A stretch of DNA of 64,000 bases from Eutreptiella sp. 'Long Island Sound 2002' (Eukaryota; Protista; Euglenida). Every line of letters begins with the position of its first letter. Within the stretch, counting starts at the first letter, position 1. Below are positions 35,901 to 50,557 of the stretch, piece by piece. The stretch covers positions 15,066,001-15,130,000 of the forward strand of contig OZ038378.1 in the NCBI GenBank assembly GCA_964036045.1. The letters are read 5' to 3'. The translations under genes were made by a program, and so were the position numbers. Under the pieces are notes generated by a model that saw nothing but the letters and a program-made list of their open reading frames with translations, had not been told where the DNA came from and did not search any database.

Positions 35901-38900
35901 CCAAACCAGGGTAGGAAATACAAACAGTGTTACCCCCCCCCCCCCTTTCGTATCCAAAATGGGTGGAAACCATAGAAAGCAGGCATAAAACATTTGTTAC
36001 AACTGTTTTCTGACCATTTTTGATGGTCATCTGCCAGCCGCTAGATTAATGTGTGCCTCACCAGAACTATTGGCAGAGCATGAGACATCGCGCGCATACC
36101 AAGGGCATTAAGAAGCAGGCCTACAAAAATTGTAGCAAACTTAAACCCGACCGCAACATGTGGTGCATGTTTCTTGCGCCACATTTTGGCACACCAAATT
36201 TTTTTTTGCCTCTACAAATTCCTGCGTTGGCATGGAAGTTGTGACTCCGCCAGTCGATGTGGGCTGCACATTGCCTATTGGGTCCAGGAAAATGACACAC
36301 ACATCAAATTCTCTCAAGTGTTGACCTCACTCATTGAAATTCCCCCGGATTTTGACCTGTTGGGTCATTCCATGACAACAGTCGCTCCTAATGACTGCAC
36401 ATGCTTGTACTGCACCTCACCATCACACGAGAGACTGCACCTATGTGAAACATAAGTATTTTATTACACCATCAAGATACTGTGAAAATTTGGCTCAAGA
36501 TTCCGAAATGTTAGCACAGGAAGCATGGACCCAAACCTGGCACTCCCCTGAAACAAGCATGGCACTGCAACACAGAAACAACACATACATTGCAACGACC
36601 AACATGTCGTCACGAGGGTCAACCACACAGACTGTACTGTAATGGTTTTTTTATTGCCCTCCAATACCGTCATACACAAATTACGAGCACCAATGCTACA
36701 GTGTGCTACGACTAAGCTGAGATCTAATGCTCATTGCTATGCCCACATCCACCTGCCAATGGCCCATGCAACTGAGTATGTACTCAGCTCTATCGCCACT
36801 TGCAGGCATGACCCTATTGCGAATAGGAGCTGCCGCTCCACTTGCCTCAGCAGAAGCTGCCTACGTATCATGGCCTGCCCTCACCTACCAACGCTTTGAC
36901 CTGGGCAGCCTACCAGAGCCACTGACCTTGACAAGCGGCTTGGGATTATTGATCCCAGCTGTTTGGCGGCCAGTGTCATAGGGAGGGGGTGCGACATCAG
37001 CAGGTTCGGTAACAGGTGCTGTAGCAGAGGATTGGTAAGGCCTGAATTAGAAAGTTGTTTTTTGGCAATGGAGTTGCCCCCCCTCCCGCACCCCCACCTA
37101 CACTTTTGCTTAGCTCACCTGAAATAGGTCTCACCCACCCAGAAGCCCCCTCACACCCACAACACCCCTTTCAAGCTCCAGGATAATCAGCAAACGGGTC
37201 ATTGAGATTTTTTTGAATTTATCGAGGAATTGTTGGTTCATATGATTCACTGAGTGTCAGCAATGCCTTCTTTTGGATGCCTAGGGGCTGTTGTTGTTTG
37301 TCCCCATTATCCTTGGCACTATTGGAAGAAGTTTTAAAGCTCAATGTCAAAGTGCCAGCACTTTTCAATATTGTTGAGCTAATATTAGCCATACAGTCCT
37401 TCAGGTATGGGGACTAGGAAGAAGTTGGACTCCCACAATGTGGTGCAAAAGGCTTCTGCAAGTTTGCTTGCACAGTCGCCTCAATCTCAAAGTCGTGCTA
37501 TGATTGATGAAGCAACACGACAAGTGGGCTCTTTGGATCACATTCTTCTCTTTGTATTGACGCACATTTGTGCTGACATTGTGACATGTTAATAAATAAA
37601 ACCCTGCTTGCCCAATCCACGGCTCCTATGTTAATGATTCAGTTTATGAGGAGGGTGTTTCCTCCTGCCCTTCCACTGGCCCATGGCCAGGTTCAGCCTA
37701 AGCGCTGCTAGCCACAGTATGATGGCACTCCGGCAAAGTAGCACCGTAGGTGTTAGGAGGCTGGGAGCATCAGATTTGGGGGACAACACCACTAACAATG
37801 TGACAACATGCACCCAAAATCCCTTGGTCAACAATACAATTGGACAAAACTGCTTGAGATGATGAATGAAAATTTTAACACAGTAGTTGCCTGAGCAGCA
37901 CAGGTCAACACATAAAACTCAGGGGTTGCCCAATGATATAGGAGACTGTGTGTCCATGTCTTGCAGGGGTGTTGTGAAACTAGCAGCCATAGGTCGTTGA
38001 GGGGCTGCAAGGGCTGCAAGTGAAGAACACCTCTCCCACACACGACCTTTGACAAAAGTTGGCCCATAGGCCTTTGCCAATAGGTTAAAGTTGCACAGGT
38101 GCCGGGCAACAAAGCGGGGCTTCAAGCACAGCCCTGGGTTCAGGGTTACCACCTTGAAAATGGTCAGGTGGAATGGTATTGGCAGACTCTAGAGGTAGTC
38201 CCCAGAACCCTTAGGGTCGCCACTCAAGAGCCCTGGAGGTGCTATTCGGTGACCCATGGAGGCGTTACTCTGTGGCTCCTTGAGATGCTATCCCCTCGCC
38301 CTGCCCCTGCTGTGTGTTGTATGTGTGGGCAGCAGGGGTGGATATAATGGTGACGCAATTATTTTGGTTGTCCATGAGTTGTTCTTGTTGTTTGTTGACA
38401 CACCTGGCCCAAATTTCTTTCAACTCAGCCGCATGTGTGGCACGGTAGTCTGGGCTAGAGCTTGACTTGTCACTACTGTCATCACTACTGGATGACTCGC
38501 CTCATGAACCTGAGGATGAATGTACAACAACGCAAAGCGGAGATATGAATACTTACTCAGAAGTATTCTCATCACAAGGCAAAACATTGGGAACGTTGCA
38601 CTTTTTCACCTTCAGACCGTGTCTTGTGCTTTCGGTCTCTGAAACGCCTACGATCACCAGATTTGGCTGCTGCCCATGCAGAAGCTACATTTGCAACAGG
38701 ATACTCGTCACAATCTGGGGTATCCCGTTTCCCGATGAGATGCGTGGGGATACTATCCTAGGACATCGAAGAGCGCAGTGCTGTAGCGATGCTATTGAGA
38801 GCAGAAATAGCATGCTTAGCATGAGCGCTGGATGGACAGGCCAAGACAATACGTGCAACAAACAGCCATTCGAAAAAATTTTATTCGCAACCACAGCACA

Positions 38901-41900
38901 CCAGAATTTGTGACAATGACAGGAAGGGGGGTGACTTGTAATGACAATACAGTGGAAGGAGTGCATAACCCGGGCAATGGCAGAGCTGCACATTCACTGT
39001 GCATGCAATGAATAGCTGGCAAGAGGCAGTACACAGCCACCATTGCACATTCCTGCAGAGAAAAATGGCAACAGGCAATTTCGTAATTGTCATTTCGTCA
39101 TCTCAGGCTCAACCCCCCCCCCCCCATGTATTTCAGCTATGTGCACATCCCCTGCAATGCATTGTCCTGTGTCTTGCGGAGGAGGGACCCAGCATCAGTG
39201 TTTCGGCCAGACTAAATTTGCCAATTGTCATTTTGTCATTGGGGGGTGGGGGGGTGGGCTGGGGGAGGGGGGCACTATATCCACCCCTGGTGGGCAGGTG
39301 ATGAGCTAATTTGAGTTGAACTGAAATTACCCGCAGAGTGCTGTGGGGATGAAAGGGGTGTTGAAGTGAGAGCAGTCTGTTCTGCACTCCATGCTGTACT
39401 ACAACGAGTTGCACTATCATCACTGTTCTACAAGGAATGGGTTGCCATCTCAGATTTACCGTCCAAACTTCAAGAAAGCTAAACCTAATTAATTCTGAGT
39501 AGGTCGTGCGTATAAAGTTAGTCCCACGCAATCTAGAATTAATTGCAAAAAAAATTAATTGTAGCCGTACAATCGAAAAATACAACGCAAAATTCGAAAT
39601 AATCGCAAAAATTAAATTAATTCCACACATCACGTCAAAGGTATTTCGTGTTGTACCGGGCCTACAGTGTGTCATTTGTATGCATGGAAATTTGCATTGG
39701 GTGCATTGGTTTTGTTTGTGAATGCAAATTGAAAAAACAATCGCAAAAAAAATGAATTTCTTGCCCGCCATTCAAATTTTTGGTCGCAAAACCAAAAAAA
39801 ATCGCAAAAAAAATAATTCTGGGGGGGTGTCCTTCGCAAAAATGCCGGTTTCGCAAATTTTAAAAGTTTGGACGGTACCAGTATTTGCTGGGTGTCCAAT
39901 GCACACTATCTGCTGCTGCCCTGCACTGTGTGCTGTGTGATGCCCTGCACTGGAACTCTCTTTGTTTTGAGACAAACATGCAGCAGTGAGACCAACTGCA
40001 AGCTTATAAGTGTGTATCTTTCCCTTGTACCACAGTCAGTGCATGTGATGCAGTCCCCACCTTAGTACCCTTATTCGACTCAGCATATGATCCTTGAGTG
40101 CAGTCATGCCAGGGGATTATATGTGAGGTCACACTCAACCTGAGAAAGGACCGCAGCCTGTCCCACCATGTTGAAGGTTATGTCATAATAGTACGCAGTT
40201 GCAACAGTCCTATTGAAGAGCATTTTGCACTTGTTTCTGCGATGTCCAAAGGTACGAAGTACACCTGCGGAATATCGTCACAGTCACAATCAAGCAGCAG
40301 TGTTGCAGCAGCTGGAGGTTCTGTGTTGGTGTTGGATCATGATCAGAATGAAGTCGGTGAGGTGTGTGCTCAACCCTCGGGTGTGCACGTTCAATCACGG
40401 GTGCTGGCTCAACACTGGTCCGTCATAAGAGAATGCGCAAACAGGAGCACACACGTTGCATTGTAGCAGCTCCGTTGTGGTCTTTGGCTATTTTTGTCCG
40501 GAAACCATCCGTCCGTGCTCTGCTGCATTGCCACAGTTGGCAATGGGTCTGTCGTGGCTTTCTTGCATCAGTGGGTTTTGCTTTGAGTGTATTGGTCAGA
40601 GCCACCAGCGCACCCGCCGCCCGCAGATTCTTGGAGGAACATACACTGGTTGTGACACGAACACTTTAGCGCTACTGCATTGGAGTCACACGTATTATGG
40701 TTTGTTTGTTTTCCTCTGAAATCCCCTTCAGCCTCCCCCGCGCAACAGCCCTGACCACCACCCCTCTACGCCAGAAATGCGAAGGATTGGATTTGCCCAG
40801 CACCAGTCTGGGGGATGTCATCATGAGTCCATCAGCCCCCAGTAGTTGGTTCAGAACCATGAGTTTCAGCTTCCAGCGTAACCGACCCAGACGCTTGACG
40901 CCTCCGACGCCTCTGTCCCATACATGTCAGAAGCAAGTCTCAAGGTGTGGTGCCCTTAATCGATCACTGCCCGTGCATACCTGCTGCACACCGCATCGCT
41001 GCACCTGTCTGCCTGCTGTGCGCCGCATGTCTACCACAGAGTGCCGGCGCCAATCTGCTGGAAGTTGTACTGCTTCCCCTTGCCTGTCTCCGGTACACAG
41101 TGTCCAGGAACTGAGCATAGACGTTTCATCTGCATTGCATAGCTCATATCCTGAACCTTGTGGGTGGTGTGTTTGAAGAGCTCCAATCCCTCACTATTTT
41201 TTTGGGAATTCATGGGAAAGGGCCGATAATTCTCAACGGTAAAAAAAAAAAGCACCGGTAGGACAGATGGTTTGATGCTACTACATGGTAGGCTCGCATG
41301 TTTAGTCCGATTGCTCAGGAGCAAAACTCGATCCTTTTGCTTCAATGCTGTGGTCCTACCACCATAGAGTGTACCAACACCATAAGACAGTTGGCAAAGA
41401 GTTTGTACAAAGGCCTTCGCAACCCACAGCAGCCCTCGATCACCATTTCCACCACTGCAAAAGTGTATTTCCCCACGCTTTCCCTGCTTGTCCCCGCTTT
41501 CCCCACTTTCCCACGGGGTCCATGTCGTCTGGAGTGGTCCGGAGATGGAGAGCGTGGAGCCTTGTGTACAGCAGATCGGCATGGGTAGCGATGGCATGAA
41601 GCACCGGAGTATTGACTGGCATCTTCTGGAAACCGTAGCATCATCACTGAGAATGTTTGTGTGGGTGTTGTATTCGGTTGGTGGGGCCCAAAGATGAGCC
41701 CCACGCCTGATTGTGCGTTGTCCCGTTTGGATACCTGCAGGGCTGAATTGCCTCTTTTTCCTCTTAGTGTGGTGCACGAAGACAGTCATTCCCCAGCTAT
41801 GCAGCATGATTGCAGCTGGCTTCCTATGGTGGATTCCAAGCATGAGGGCTCGGCCCCCTAGAGGCGTCGGAGCCATCCAGGCGACCATTTGGTTTATGCC

Positions 41901-44900
41901 GTGCCTGATACACCAGGGGGACGCACGCCTGGTGCACCATCCACAAGTGCACGTGTGCAGTGGCTCAACCCTGCAGGTGAGAAGACAGATTTTGCCTGTA
42001 GAACCCAACGTCCAGGCAGCGCAGGACAAAAAGTATCAGAGCCTCCTTGGAGGAGGTTCCTGCCGCAATGGCACATGTGAATATGCCGTACAGCAGCAGT
42101 CTCTTTGGTCATGGATATCAGCTTTGGTGCTTTCATGCAACGAGAATGCCCAGTTTGAACGGGGGTCCGGAAGGTGTGCCAGTGGAATACGTCGGATGGC
42201 CGGTTCCTCAACGGCGTGCCGATGACTATGATCTGCAGCCAAAAGATGAGCCCATTCTGCAGTGCGAAATGGCCGCCCACATCACCCACGCCTTTGTACA
42301 AATGTCCTGCCCCCAGCAATATGCATGTGCACCAGAACTGCCCCCCGACCTCCGTAGGGTAGGATATGGGGTTTGCGCAGGTGCGATCGTACTTCCACCC
42401 ACCCAGTTCCCCGGCTCAGAAGAGGGCAGCACAGCATTCGCAGCACCGAATGTGTGCCGAATAGTATGTTTGCCGCTTTCATGCACCTAGGGAGTGTTTG
42501 AAGGCCAGTAAGCCCGCCTCCTGATCATCTAGAGCTTCGCGATCCTCCTCTAAGCCTGTTGATCTTCCCTGCTTTCCATTTATTCCTCCCCCTTTTTGGC
42601 AATTTTGTCGCTCCTTCTTTTTTGGCAATTTTGTCGCGCGATTTCACACACTGCTCCTGGACAACCCCGGCACAGCTATAATTTCTGTTGGATGTGCTGA
42701 TCGACGACGTGTACGCGGGCATGGCAAACAACCGCTGCGCATTGTATGTGCTATACTAGGGCTCTCACACTTATCAACCGCACTGACCAACCTTGATGCA
42801 CTCAAGCATCAAACACAGCTCTGAAATCAGAAGTGTGGCCATTGTTGGTGTTATCGTTTCCGTTACTTGCAAGTTCCATGCTGAAAGGAATATGCCTCCT
42901 CTTGGAATTCACAAGCAGCCGTTTTCATCCTCTTTACCACCAACAATTTCAGATTTCAATTAAACAGCCATCATAACCCCCGCAATATCTGGTTTTGCTT
43001 GGGCACATCACCAGGCACACAGTGTGACCACAGCCCCGCCGCTTGACAGTGTTCGTAGGTGGCAGGGCCTGAGGTTTTCAGCAACGTAGGTTCACACATA
43101 CGTTTATATGTTCACATTAAGCCCACTGGTTGCTGCTCCATAGCTAGACGGACAGGGCAGGCTGGCATGCGGCGCAGTGGTCTAGAGCCCTGCTGCCACT
43201 GATGCGACCCACGAGGTCACACACCGTTTGCGGAGCTGGCACACCCGGGGGTTCGGTATGGCTATGGGGATAGTCACCGATGTCAAGAAGTCCATTTGTG
43301 GATGTTAGTTGCCCCAAAAATCTCAGAGCATCATACATCCTTTTCTCCGAATTCCAGATCTGAGATAACGCTCTGTCTCCTGATTGCGCATGGCCTATGG
43401 CAACCGTGGAAGAAGCAGAACAGACCAAGGTGATGAGGTAGTGTGGTTGGCAACCAAGAGCCATGGGTAGTGGTGGTTGTTGGACAATCTGCAGCTGGGA
43501 GCACCACACCAGCATACTTTGCCTTATTCCTAGATGGGATTGAACTCGGCTGGACATGGCTTCCCTTCTTTTGCCCTTGTTTGGTTTGGAGATTGCTTGA
43601 ACAATCCACTCTCCACCTGGAGGTGGTGTGGGATCACATCCAGCAGAATGGCTGCAAAGGGCAGGTTTGATCTCAGAGATTTGAGATCTCCCTATTGTAT
43701 CAATCTCATTTACCCCTTGGAATGTGCTTCATGGTCCTGCAGTGGGGCGGGATCTTTGATTTGTGTTCGAGCTGGTTGTTTTCTTTGGTGGTGCGTTAGA
43801 GACCAGGTCTTGTGGATCCTACCTACAAGGTATCCAATTTTCATTGATGAGGTGCATTGCATGCAGTTCATGAGACTGTGTGTTCACAGAGTGGGGAGGG
43901 CTTTGCACCAAGAGGATGGGGATTCTCTTGTGACTGTATGGGCAGAATGGGTTTGTTGGCCCATTATGCCGGCAATTTCACTGATGTGCCAGATGCTGAG
44001 TGACAAGGCCGTGGACATCTCTCTCAGATTTTTTGCAGGCAGTGACCCCCCCCCCCCCCCAGGAAAGCAGTAGCAACATGCATTGAAACGGTCTGAGTAA
44101 CTGGAAGTTCACGGCATGGGGGTCGTTTGGCAGGCTATCGAGGGAGTGCAACATTGGTGGTTTCATAGGCTTGATGTTCATACCACTCAGGCTGTGCATT
44201 ATATTTGTATGTCTGTACTTGTTTGCTTTTACATATGAAGTTGCTTTGGGCTATGCAAGTCATCTCGGGCCTCCTCCAGTGGTAAAACCATCCTGCATTG
44301 CTGCCTGGGTCCCTGCATCCCTAGACCCATACTGTTGAGATCCGTCCATTTGTCAAAACCCAGATAAAGGAAATACTTCTGCATGGCACAACACTGAAAC
44401 GGATTTTTTTTGGGGGGGGGTTGGCCGTTTTGGGGTGGCCCTTCCACACCGTGACATTGGTTTCTTCGTACAAGAAGCCTGGGCGCAGCTGCACAATGTT
44501 CGATTGCCATGTCACTTGTGTGCAGCCGTCTGAGTCTTGGCCTGCGATCTTGTATCACACACCCAACAAGTCCTCTCTTTGGGTGCCCACAATTGGCACC
44601 CTTTGTGGGGTCCATCGGTGAGAAATGTGCCCCTTCGTCCAACATCGTTGGAAACCCTTCGGGACCCAGGCTCCGGATCTCTCTCCCTGGCATCCTCCTT
44701 TTACGGTGGGCAAAAGCCCATTTGGCCCTTACACCCCTCTCCCACCTGGGACCCCACCATTGGTGAGGGGTGAAATCATCTCCAAGGGAGTGGTGAGATC
44801 AAGAGCAGGTGTTAGCGCCACATACCCCCCACTTTTGGGGGTAATTTGTGCAGCATGCCCCAAGATATGAAATTGGGTGTTTCACCCTTTCTAAAATCAT

Positions 44901-47900
44901 CGTTCTGAGATCTCCCAAAAGTGTTACCCAAGGATTTTATTTTGACCCCCCAGATTGCCCTCGGTTGGATGCCACTTTTTTTGGGGGGGGGGGGGGCAAA
45001 AATGTTCGGCCTCTCAATCACAATCACCTTGCAGGGGCTGTTAGATCAAAACCAGGCATTTTAGTCCATGTCTTTGGCAGGCACCTCCCGCCCAGTTTTG
45101 GGGGGCTTTATCGCCCGCCCCCGCTTCCCATGCAATTGAGAGTCCAATCTCCCCGGTGCTACCATCAACAAGGTCTCCAGTGAAGTATCCTGAAAAACGT
45201 ACCAACCCCCAGACAAATTGCCAATACAACACCTTGGCCCATGCAAGCTCACCCTCGTAGTCAGCCTTTTCCTTGATCTGTGGTGGCTCTGAACCATGAG
45301 ATTTGTGTGAACAGCCAGAGCTATCAGCACTGCCAGAATGATCACGGCTGTCATCGTTGGAGCCACCAGCGGTATTGGAGTTGCTGGAGTCCTTTCAGCA
45401 CTGGTCTTAACAAAAATGACCATTTTCAGTGCAGACAGTACGTTGCAAAAGAAAATTGCCTCACAGAATTTGTGAGATAAAAAGTAGGCAGGCCTGCATA
45501 CATGGGATGACCGTTTTGGGGCCAATTCCCGTACTATGACCCAAGGGATTAAATTCGGGCGTAATTTTGTTGAAAATCTGTATTTTTGCGCAATTTGTGC
45601 ATTTTTGGTTGGAGACCCCCACCTTACAATTCATGTTATGGGATGGGGTGGGGGGGGGGAGGGTGGATGAAGCTCGAGATGCCCTGCAGTGCAATATGTC
45701 ACTTCAGACCTAGGTCCCATTCCGTTTTTTCCTTCTATACCAGCGCCCAAATGGGACCTGGAGGAGTGGACGGATGCAGTGTCAAAATCCCGGTTTGAGC
45801 CATGCAGTGTCAAAAAGTAACATTTCCGCACAGGTATTTTTCCAACTCTCTTGGCTACCAGAAACCATGAAAGGCCCACTAGTTTTGCACCCTATTGCAT
45901 GGTGTTCAGTGTTTTGCGTGAACCCTGCATATCAGTTCCTTGGCTGTGGTGGTCAAAACTCAAACATTTCCTGGATGGAAATGTGCTTTCTGCCCACTGG
46001 TTCACTGCAGACCCTAGTCCGGCTGGGGTCCAGGCTCAAGGGGTAGGGAAAGAGGGCCTTTTTGCCAAAGGTAGTAGAATTTCTTTGCTGATGGTCACAC
46101 AACCTGTTGGTGGAGCCGAGATGGACCAGTCATGCCCATGGTTAAGCCCTCTTCTTTTCCTTCTACAGAATCCTGATGAGCCATCTATGCAAAAAGGCTA
46201 GTACACTAGCGCCTACCGCATTTTTGCACATGCTGTTCTGTTATGTGGAAACCACTTTTCTGTCCTCTCACATTCAGCATATGCTGTGACCATTGTCCCC
46301 TGAGGGAGTCAACCGCGAATCTCCTCCTCTCTGCTTGTCTGTGTTTCTGCTTCTCGTGGTGTGTGGGCTTTGCTGTGCTATCCGGTTGACGCCAGTGGAT
46401 GTTGGGGGCGAGGGGTGCAACCGTACCCATGGTTGATGCCCTGCCCTTCCCCTGGGACACTTGTAGTCACAGCTGATCCTCCCACCGCCAGAGCTGTCAC
46501 CATGGGTGTATGGGTGTGTGTTCGTTCAGCAATGTAACACACACAAGTCCCCTGCTTTAAATTGGTGTGGGTGAACCTCTCTATTCACCGTTTATATGTT
46601 CAGGTTTCAGTTTCTGCGTTTGATTTTCTAGGGTTTCTTAGGACTGGGAACTCAGTAATCTGCTTGTGTTTTGCAGCAGCTGATATGTTTATGCTGCCTA
46701 TTTGACAAAGTTGCTTGCCACTGAATTGGTCAGTGATTTCTTTTAGGAGCATTTGCTGGAAGTGTCATGGTGGGGACACCAGCATCAATGGATTGACCAG
46801 TGCTGCCACAGATCTTTGTTGTTCATTGTGCATGGAGTGCTCAATGGGTTGCAAACCCCAACACGCTGCATTACCGGTCTGGGGTAGTACAGTCTGAGCC
46901 AATTCAGGGACAAAAGTTTCCTGCAAATATCAGAATGCTTTATATCTATACTTAGCACCATGATGAGGCAGCCAGTCACACAATTGAGTGCAGATTTGCT
47001 CATGTGTGATTGTTATGAGCCAGAAAGGCATCATTGATTTCCCCATTATTTTTCCATACCTGTAATGCCTCTGCTGGATGTGGTTTGGTGAGGAGAGTGT
47101 CTGGGATTCCATATCGCCTGCAAAATTGGAATTTGTACACAAGCGGGAAAATGAGGTTTACAACTACTTTTGCCGAGTAATTGGAAAAATCTGTTATTGA
47201 CAACAACCGGAGATTGTTTAGAAAATAGTTTTTTGTTTGGAACATTTACTTGTGTTACAACTTGAACCAAAAAATCAGGAAGATTAGAAATTGTCAAAAT
47301 CGCTTAAGCCGAAACTACGGTGTTATGTTGAAAAATGTTGGATAGATGGAGAACAATTGATCATCTCTAGTTTGCATTGTGCCATGTGTTCTTCCTGTGT
47401 TTGTTTGACATGTTTTTTGAAATATTTCTTTCCATCAATCCATCAATACCCGACAATTTTGAATTACATGGAGCACAAAAGTTGGAAGATTTGTTAATTC
47501 TTTCTCTTGTCATTTTTCGTCAAACTTCGTAGTATTCCGCCTCTTTATGTCTGAAAGTACACACAGCTTTAGCCCTCAAAGGCTTGCTGTTGGGGCATCA
47601 ATCAATGTACTTTGGTACTATCCCAAAGGGTCCCTTCTTGCTTGATAAGGTTTTTGAGTTGTTGTTGTTGTAGACGAACCATTCTTTATGTAATGGATAA
47701 CCGATGAAAAGGTCATCATTGTAAAGTAAAATGCCAGCTCTACCATTCGTGTGGTAATTGTGCCGATCGTATATTTGGGTAAAATGTTGAACTTCAAATG
47801 GTTATTTTGGCTTTACTTTGAAAGTCGAGATTAAGTTGTGAAATGTTGCGAGAAAAGCGGGTCGCCGGCGTTTCAGGTCGCCAGAAATTGTACCAAGAAG

Positions 47901-49313
47901 ACAAAGCCTCAGATAAATTTGCACAAAAGCTTGAATGATCTCAAGAATTTTGATTCTAAAACAGGGACTATAGAAATACGAGCTAAAGAAGTCGTTGCCA
48001 AGCACAAAAAGATACCGAGCCGGTCTGTCTATGTCCTCGTTGGAATGGCCTCTAGCATCCCAGTTTATATGTTTTCTACGATACTTCATTCAAGCAATCG
48101 CAAGTGGTGACAAAATATTGTGTTCTTGAAAATTGATTTTGCTTTCAATAAAATAACAAAAGTATTTTAGCGAAAAGTGATAACTTCAACAACACTGCCA
48201 TCGACAATGTGTAGAGCTTTGTAGTGCTTGTTGTCTAGATTTGTCAGTCGCGGCACTCTTTAAGCTAAAAACATGCCCAAATAAGAAACAACAATTTGAC
48301 ATATCAAACATCCGCAATTCAGTACACGATTTGATTACTTACTTAAAATGCGATTGCCTTCCACTTGACTTCAATATTCCAAGCTGTATGATAAAGACAA
48401 AATTGATACAAGAGAGGCGGGAGGGGGGGGAAGGGGGCTCATTCTTGTCTACCATTCAAGTCAACTGTACCAAGATGTCCTACACGGACCAACTTTGGTC
48501 CAACCATTGATTCATCATCACGAATCACATGTCAAAATTGCAGGCGACGCAAAATGTCATTTGAATGTATCGAAATCTGTGATCATGCAGTAGCTCTTCT
48601 TATCATTTAAATGCAGATTTCATGCGGGTTGCTTGTAGGTTGCAATTGTTTGTAGGGTTCCGGGTTGCCGCTTTGTAAATCCATTGAGCTAGTTACCTGT
48701 TTTGTAGATGCCTGGTACTAAGACAGGCCACCCGCTTTGTGAACACAGACACAACAAATGAAGAACGCAACGGACTCCAAAAAGGGCACGGATTGCATGA
48801 GGTAAAGTCACCTGGCGGTCCAAAAACTATTAGTTTTTGTACCACTCCAAGCTGAAAAGGACCGTTCACTTTTTGCCTTTTGTTTCTATTCCAAACACTT
48901 TCTTACAATTTCGCTAGTCTTACGACATATGGATACTCTAACCTCAACATCCGTCAAAATTGGTAGAGCTGTTTCATTCGGTGCAAGAATGTAGATCGCG
49001 ACCTAATTAAATCCGTTATCACTTCATGAAAAGGCGATTGCATGCCGACGAACAGAAAGCGCCGAGACTGCATGACCACGAAAGACCGCAGCATATAGAG
49101 AGTGCTCTGTGCCTGGAAGGCGCATTGCCATGTAGACAATTCAAGACCGCTGGGTGGCGGAGAGCGCGAAGGGCGGGCAAAGCCTCTTATCGTGCAATAG
49201 TTGGTGTGCTAGGTTCATTGTTTTACACACCTCGGTTATTCATATTGCCGCACTGTTCTTGCCTTGCTTAGCATTGGCCCTTGTTTGTATTCATTGAATC
49301 CCATCGTATTTTA

Positions 49314-49369
49314 GTCAACTGTTTTCATTTGGCTTAGCTCTGTCAACTGTTTTCATTTGGCTTAGCTCT
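49314..49369. repeat. 28-bp perfect tandem duplication
   Basis: GTCAACTGTTTTCATTTGGCTTAGCTCT x2. Confidence 0.95.
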
Positions 49370-49746
49370 ATGCTAAGATCGTTTCGGTTGAACACATTTT
49401 GTTCCGTTCTACAAGAGCATGCTCTTTATCTCTCTCCGGCGCCATATCGTTTGCGGGGAGGTGCCACAAACTATGGCACCCCGAAGTCAAAAGCCCCTTG
49501 TAACAGAATAGAAGAGGTAATGCTTAAATTAGGGTATGTGCAGGTGTACGTTAGGATACATGCCCGATGTTCGCTAAAAGCAGTAGGATATGCCGGCGCG
49601 CACATCCTTACAACCACCGGTACGTACATCCATTACTCTTGGTAGATGCATAGCAACACATAGCAGGCCAACTTATCAAACTTAGAGGCGTAGGAATTAG
49701 AATTTTAGACATTCAGAATAATCTACAAAATTTAACAACATACATG

Positions 49747-50557
49747 CATGGAACCCTAGTGCTGAAATTTCGCCGCTCTTTCGAGATTGTTCTTCACTGA
49801 ATTTTCTAAACATTGTCAATTATTGGCAAATAATGCTGCTTATTTTTGCCACAACAATTCCGTAAAAGACCAAAACAAAACAAACAACATCGTGTCCGAA
49901 AATATGGGAGCTTCTTACAAAAAGTTTCATGCATGCAATTTTTGAAACAGCATGCATTGGTCCCGAAAAGATGACGGTTTCCAACTGAACCCATTGTTTG
50001 ACTTGCGGTGCAGTCATGGAACCCTAGTGCTGAAATTTCGCCGCTCTTTTGAGATTTTTCTTCACTGAATTGTCCAAACACTGTCAATTATTGCCAAATA
50101 ATGCTGCTTATTTTTGCCACAACAATTCCGTAAAAGACAAAAACAAAAAAAACAACACCATTTCCGAAAATATGGGGGCTTTTTGCAAAAAGTTTCATAT
50201 GCATACAATTGCTCAAACTGCATGCATTGGTTCCGAAAAGATGACGGCTTCCAACTGAACCCATTGTTTGACTTCCGGTGTAGGCATGGAACCATAGTGC
50301 TGAAATTTTGCAGCTCTTTTGAGATTTTTCTTCACTGAATTGTCTAAACATTGTCAATTATTGGCAAAAAATTCTGCTTATTTTTGCTACAATAATAGCG
50401 TAAAAGGACAAAAACAACAAAAAAAACAACACCATTTTCGAAAATATGTGAGCTTCTTACAAAAAGTTTCATGCATGCAATTTCTGAAGCAGCATGCATT
50501 GGTTCCGAAAAGATGACGGTTTCTAACTAAATCCATTTGTTTGACTTGCGGTGTAGT
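49747..50557. repeat. AT-rich tandem repeat, 3 copies of about 270 bp
   Basis: Units start CATGGAACC(C/A)TAGTGCTGAAATTT at 49747, 50015 and 50285. Confidence 0.92.

Noticed and set aside
43810-43865. LWILPTR / IFIDEVH as helicase motifs Ia and II
   Set aside because: The spacing is far too short and there is no Walker A or other helicase motif.
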